64,000 nt of DNA from Camelus ferus (taxonomy: Eukaryota). Positions 61,377-64,000 of the stretch are shown one piece after another; position 1 is the first letter of the stretch, and the number at the start of each line of letters is the position of its first letter. Where the stretch lies: NCBI RefSeq assembly GCF_009834535.1, contig NC_045696.1, positions 91,948,001 through 92,012,000 of the forward strand, written 5' to 3'. The translations under genes and the position numbers were made by a program. The notes beneath the pieces are model-generated. The model searched no databases. It saw only the letters and a program-made list of their open reading frames with translations, and had not been told where the DNA came from.

Positions 61377-64000
61377 ATATCCCATATTGGCTTTTCTAAT
61401 ACAAACTTGACTCAGGCTGAGGCTATAGTCACAACTGCACGGGTCACCCAGGGCATAGTCCTTGACAGACAGTTATGCAGAGGACTGAGAAACTACAGGG
61501 AAGGCCGTGTCCTCACTACTGTGCCCTCGGCTCTGAAAAACTGAGTGGAGACATGGGTTCTTATGAGATATTCATTCAAAGGCAGGCATTGTTAAGACAC
61601 TTTAAAGCCGGGCTTGGCAAGATGAGCCTTTTCAAGGAACAGCCGTCTTAACTACAGGGCATTTTGCTTCAGAAACCACCCCAGTGGGTCATATGAGCTG
61701 GATTCATAACCTCATTCCTCATTCCTCATTCCACATACTGGGAAGTATGTGTCTCTCCCCACCCCCTTTCCCCCTATGCAACTAAGTTACTTGTGGGAAA
61801 ATTCGTATTTCCTGGACAGAAAAATTTAAGGCAGGCAGATGGATGTTGGATAACCTGTAAGGAAATAAGTTGGAGAATCTTCAATGTGACCAGATTCTAG
61901 CATTACCTTTTTCCAAAATCTTGTATATTTCTTAAACACAAATATGTCCTTCATTTTTCTTAGAAGGGTGTTTTAGAAAAGGTCTGGAAAATATATGCTA
62001 TGAAAAGGAGTTATCTTGACTCCTACCAGATAAACTTTGGTTCGTCCATCTTAGAAGTCATGTGATTGAAACAAAATCTGAATGCCTCTCTGCACCCCCC
62101 ACCCACCTTCGTACAAGTTTCTTCCCAGCTTTGGAGAGGACACGTGCTCAAATGCCCCAGTCTAGAGGGATCAGGGCTTTGCACCCAGAGGAAGGGGCCC
62201 GTGTGACTTTCAGGCACCTTTGCTAAGTGTTAGTATTCTGAAATTTCCATGGGTAGAGCCTGGGCCTGAGAAGAAACCACTTGGCCAGCTGGGCAGAGTT
62301 CTCCTGAACCTGGTGCCGCTGGTTCCGCCCCACACAGGATCACCCAGTCCCATCACATTCTTCCATGGAGTCAGAGGTTCACTTAGGTCCCTGGGTTTGC
62401 TAAGAGCAGAGCAGGGAACACTAGGAAAGGCTGCCTGAATGGGTCCCCTTGAGGCAGTCTAGCTGATGGAGGAAGTAGAGAGCCGGCGAACGGGCCATCT
62501 TGGGACAGATGGCCTGTGATGGCTGATTTTCCCAGTGTCCTCAGATCCGGAGGCCCAGGGCTGATTTCAGAACTGCCGCCGGTGGAGTGGGCTCAGGGGC
62601 AGCCATGCAGCTGGAGGCAGGGGCCGGCTGGGAGACTTGTCTTAGATGCTACACTTTAAGCTTGAGAAAACACTCCTTGTCCAGCTAGAGAACTGGTGAA
62701 GGTGATTCTAATGATGATTAAGGGGGTCTAATCCGCCAAAGCCTTGGCACGGCACTGGCTCGCGAAAGCCCAGATGTAATTTCTATCTCAGCAATTGGGT
62801 AGCAGGCTTCCCCGAGAATTTTGAGAAATACAGTTTCTTTGGCAATGAAGATGAATCTACTTCCTGTAATTACTTAATCAAGGCTGAGAAATCTTTTCCA
62901 ATGGGAAAATTCACATGGTATCGCCTGCATCTCCCAGAATACGTAACGCCCAGAAAGCTCAGATGACATTTTCATGTCTTCCTGGTGCCAAGCCAGTTAA
63001 AGAGCAGCAAGAAATGTTCATACTGACAGTCATTACTGAGGTTTCCCACACGACTGAATCCAATTAATTAGGCCTAGCCAAACCTGCCAGCCACACCCGG
63101 GACCCAGGCAAATACCCAGAGAGGACTTAGAAACACCCCTTCGACAAACACTCATTTATTACCACCTGTATTCAGTGAATCACCTCTCTAGCTGATACCG
63201 CCTGACAAAACTTCCTCAAAACAGGCGGCTTTGTGAACTGAAAGTCAAAGATCTCTGCGCTATTTTTCACTAAAGAATCTCTCTCTCTCTCAATAGTTTT
63301 AGCAGTGGTGCTTGACACTCTTCGAACTCCTTTACAAATACTAATTCCTATTCTACTTTGACCCATAGTTTGCTCAGAACTGAGGATAATGCGATTTATT
63401 TTTGTTCAGGCCCGAATCAGAGGACTGGATAGTCTCCACCAGCCCCATTTGTTTTCCTCAAAATTGTGTGAGCCTTGTCTTTTCTCTGAAGCCTGGAAGA
63501 TGTTCCCAGAATGGGTTAGAAACTCCTCTGAGACCCTTCTTAGCTCCCTTTTCTTGGAGGGCTCTGGAAACTTATTCCAGAGTGAACTCACACCTTTGAA
63601 GCCAGAGTTTCTTTCAATACATGTACTGAGGGCCGATTCCGTACAGGTTGTGTTCCGAGTGCTGGGTGAACAACATACTTCACCATGCTTCCTGCTCTCC
63701 CAAGGCTTAGCGTCCAGTGGGGGTGGCAGAGGAGGGGGCGACGATAAACAAAGAGGCAATGTCACTTCTGTAGCCACAAGTGACGGTGAGACACACAAGG
63801 AGAGCTAGAGAGCCAGTGGTGGGGGGGGGTGTCGGGTGGTCTGGGAACTTTGCTGAGGGAACAGTATTTGAGTCGAGACCTGAATGATATGCTAACCGTG
63901 TCATGTTCTGAGATTCTTCACAGACATATAAACTCGAACAGAGCAAAGAGACTGATTAGGGAAGTGTTGTCCTTTCATACTTTTTTTTGAGTGGGGGGAG

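Noticed and set aside
63711..63730. Possible CTCF site gtccagtgggggtggcag
   Set aside because: Several mismatches at core positions in either register; not supportable by eye.
39300..63946. Numerous 60-150 aa ORFs in the GC-richer half
   Set aside because: They overlap on both strands, mostly use non-ATG starts and show no recognisable domains, as expected by chance at higher GC. Small spliced exons cannot be excluded without RNA-seq or homology search.
1..64000. CRISPR array, operon or prokaryote-type defence system
   Set aside because: No regularly spaced repeat-spacer structure or dense coding. The sequence is mammalian and repeat-rich.

Overview
Mammalian (eutherian) non-coding genomic DNA, intergenic or intronic. 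I could not support any protein-coding exon, real tRNA/rRNA gene or CRISPR array. Five tRNA-Ala(AGC)-headed SINEs with the ...AAACCTAATTACCTCCCCC-A-rich tail match the camelid vic-1 SINE, so the host is very probably a camelid (alpaca, llama, vicuna or camel). Bases ~1-37 kb are AT-rich and dominated by fossil transposons: MIR, L2, L1ME/L1MD, MaLR and ERV LTRs, hAT MITEs. Bases ~37.5-64 kb are GC-richer, with more unique, enhancer-like sequence, a full-length Charlie1a and two younger L1 3' fragments. The only ORF-track entries with recognisable protein similarity are decayed L1 ORF1/ORF2 and hAT transposase remnants. I found no convincing novel multi-gene system. The most interesting signals are structural: a ~170 bp diverged local duplication dropped into an L2, a three-tier L1 nest with a microhomology-bounded deletion, a 5'-only L1 insert, a perfected hairpin in a MIR, and several TF-motif clusters. 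Repeat subfamily names come from recall of consensus sequences, not a database search. Boundaries without TSDs are approximate.
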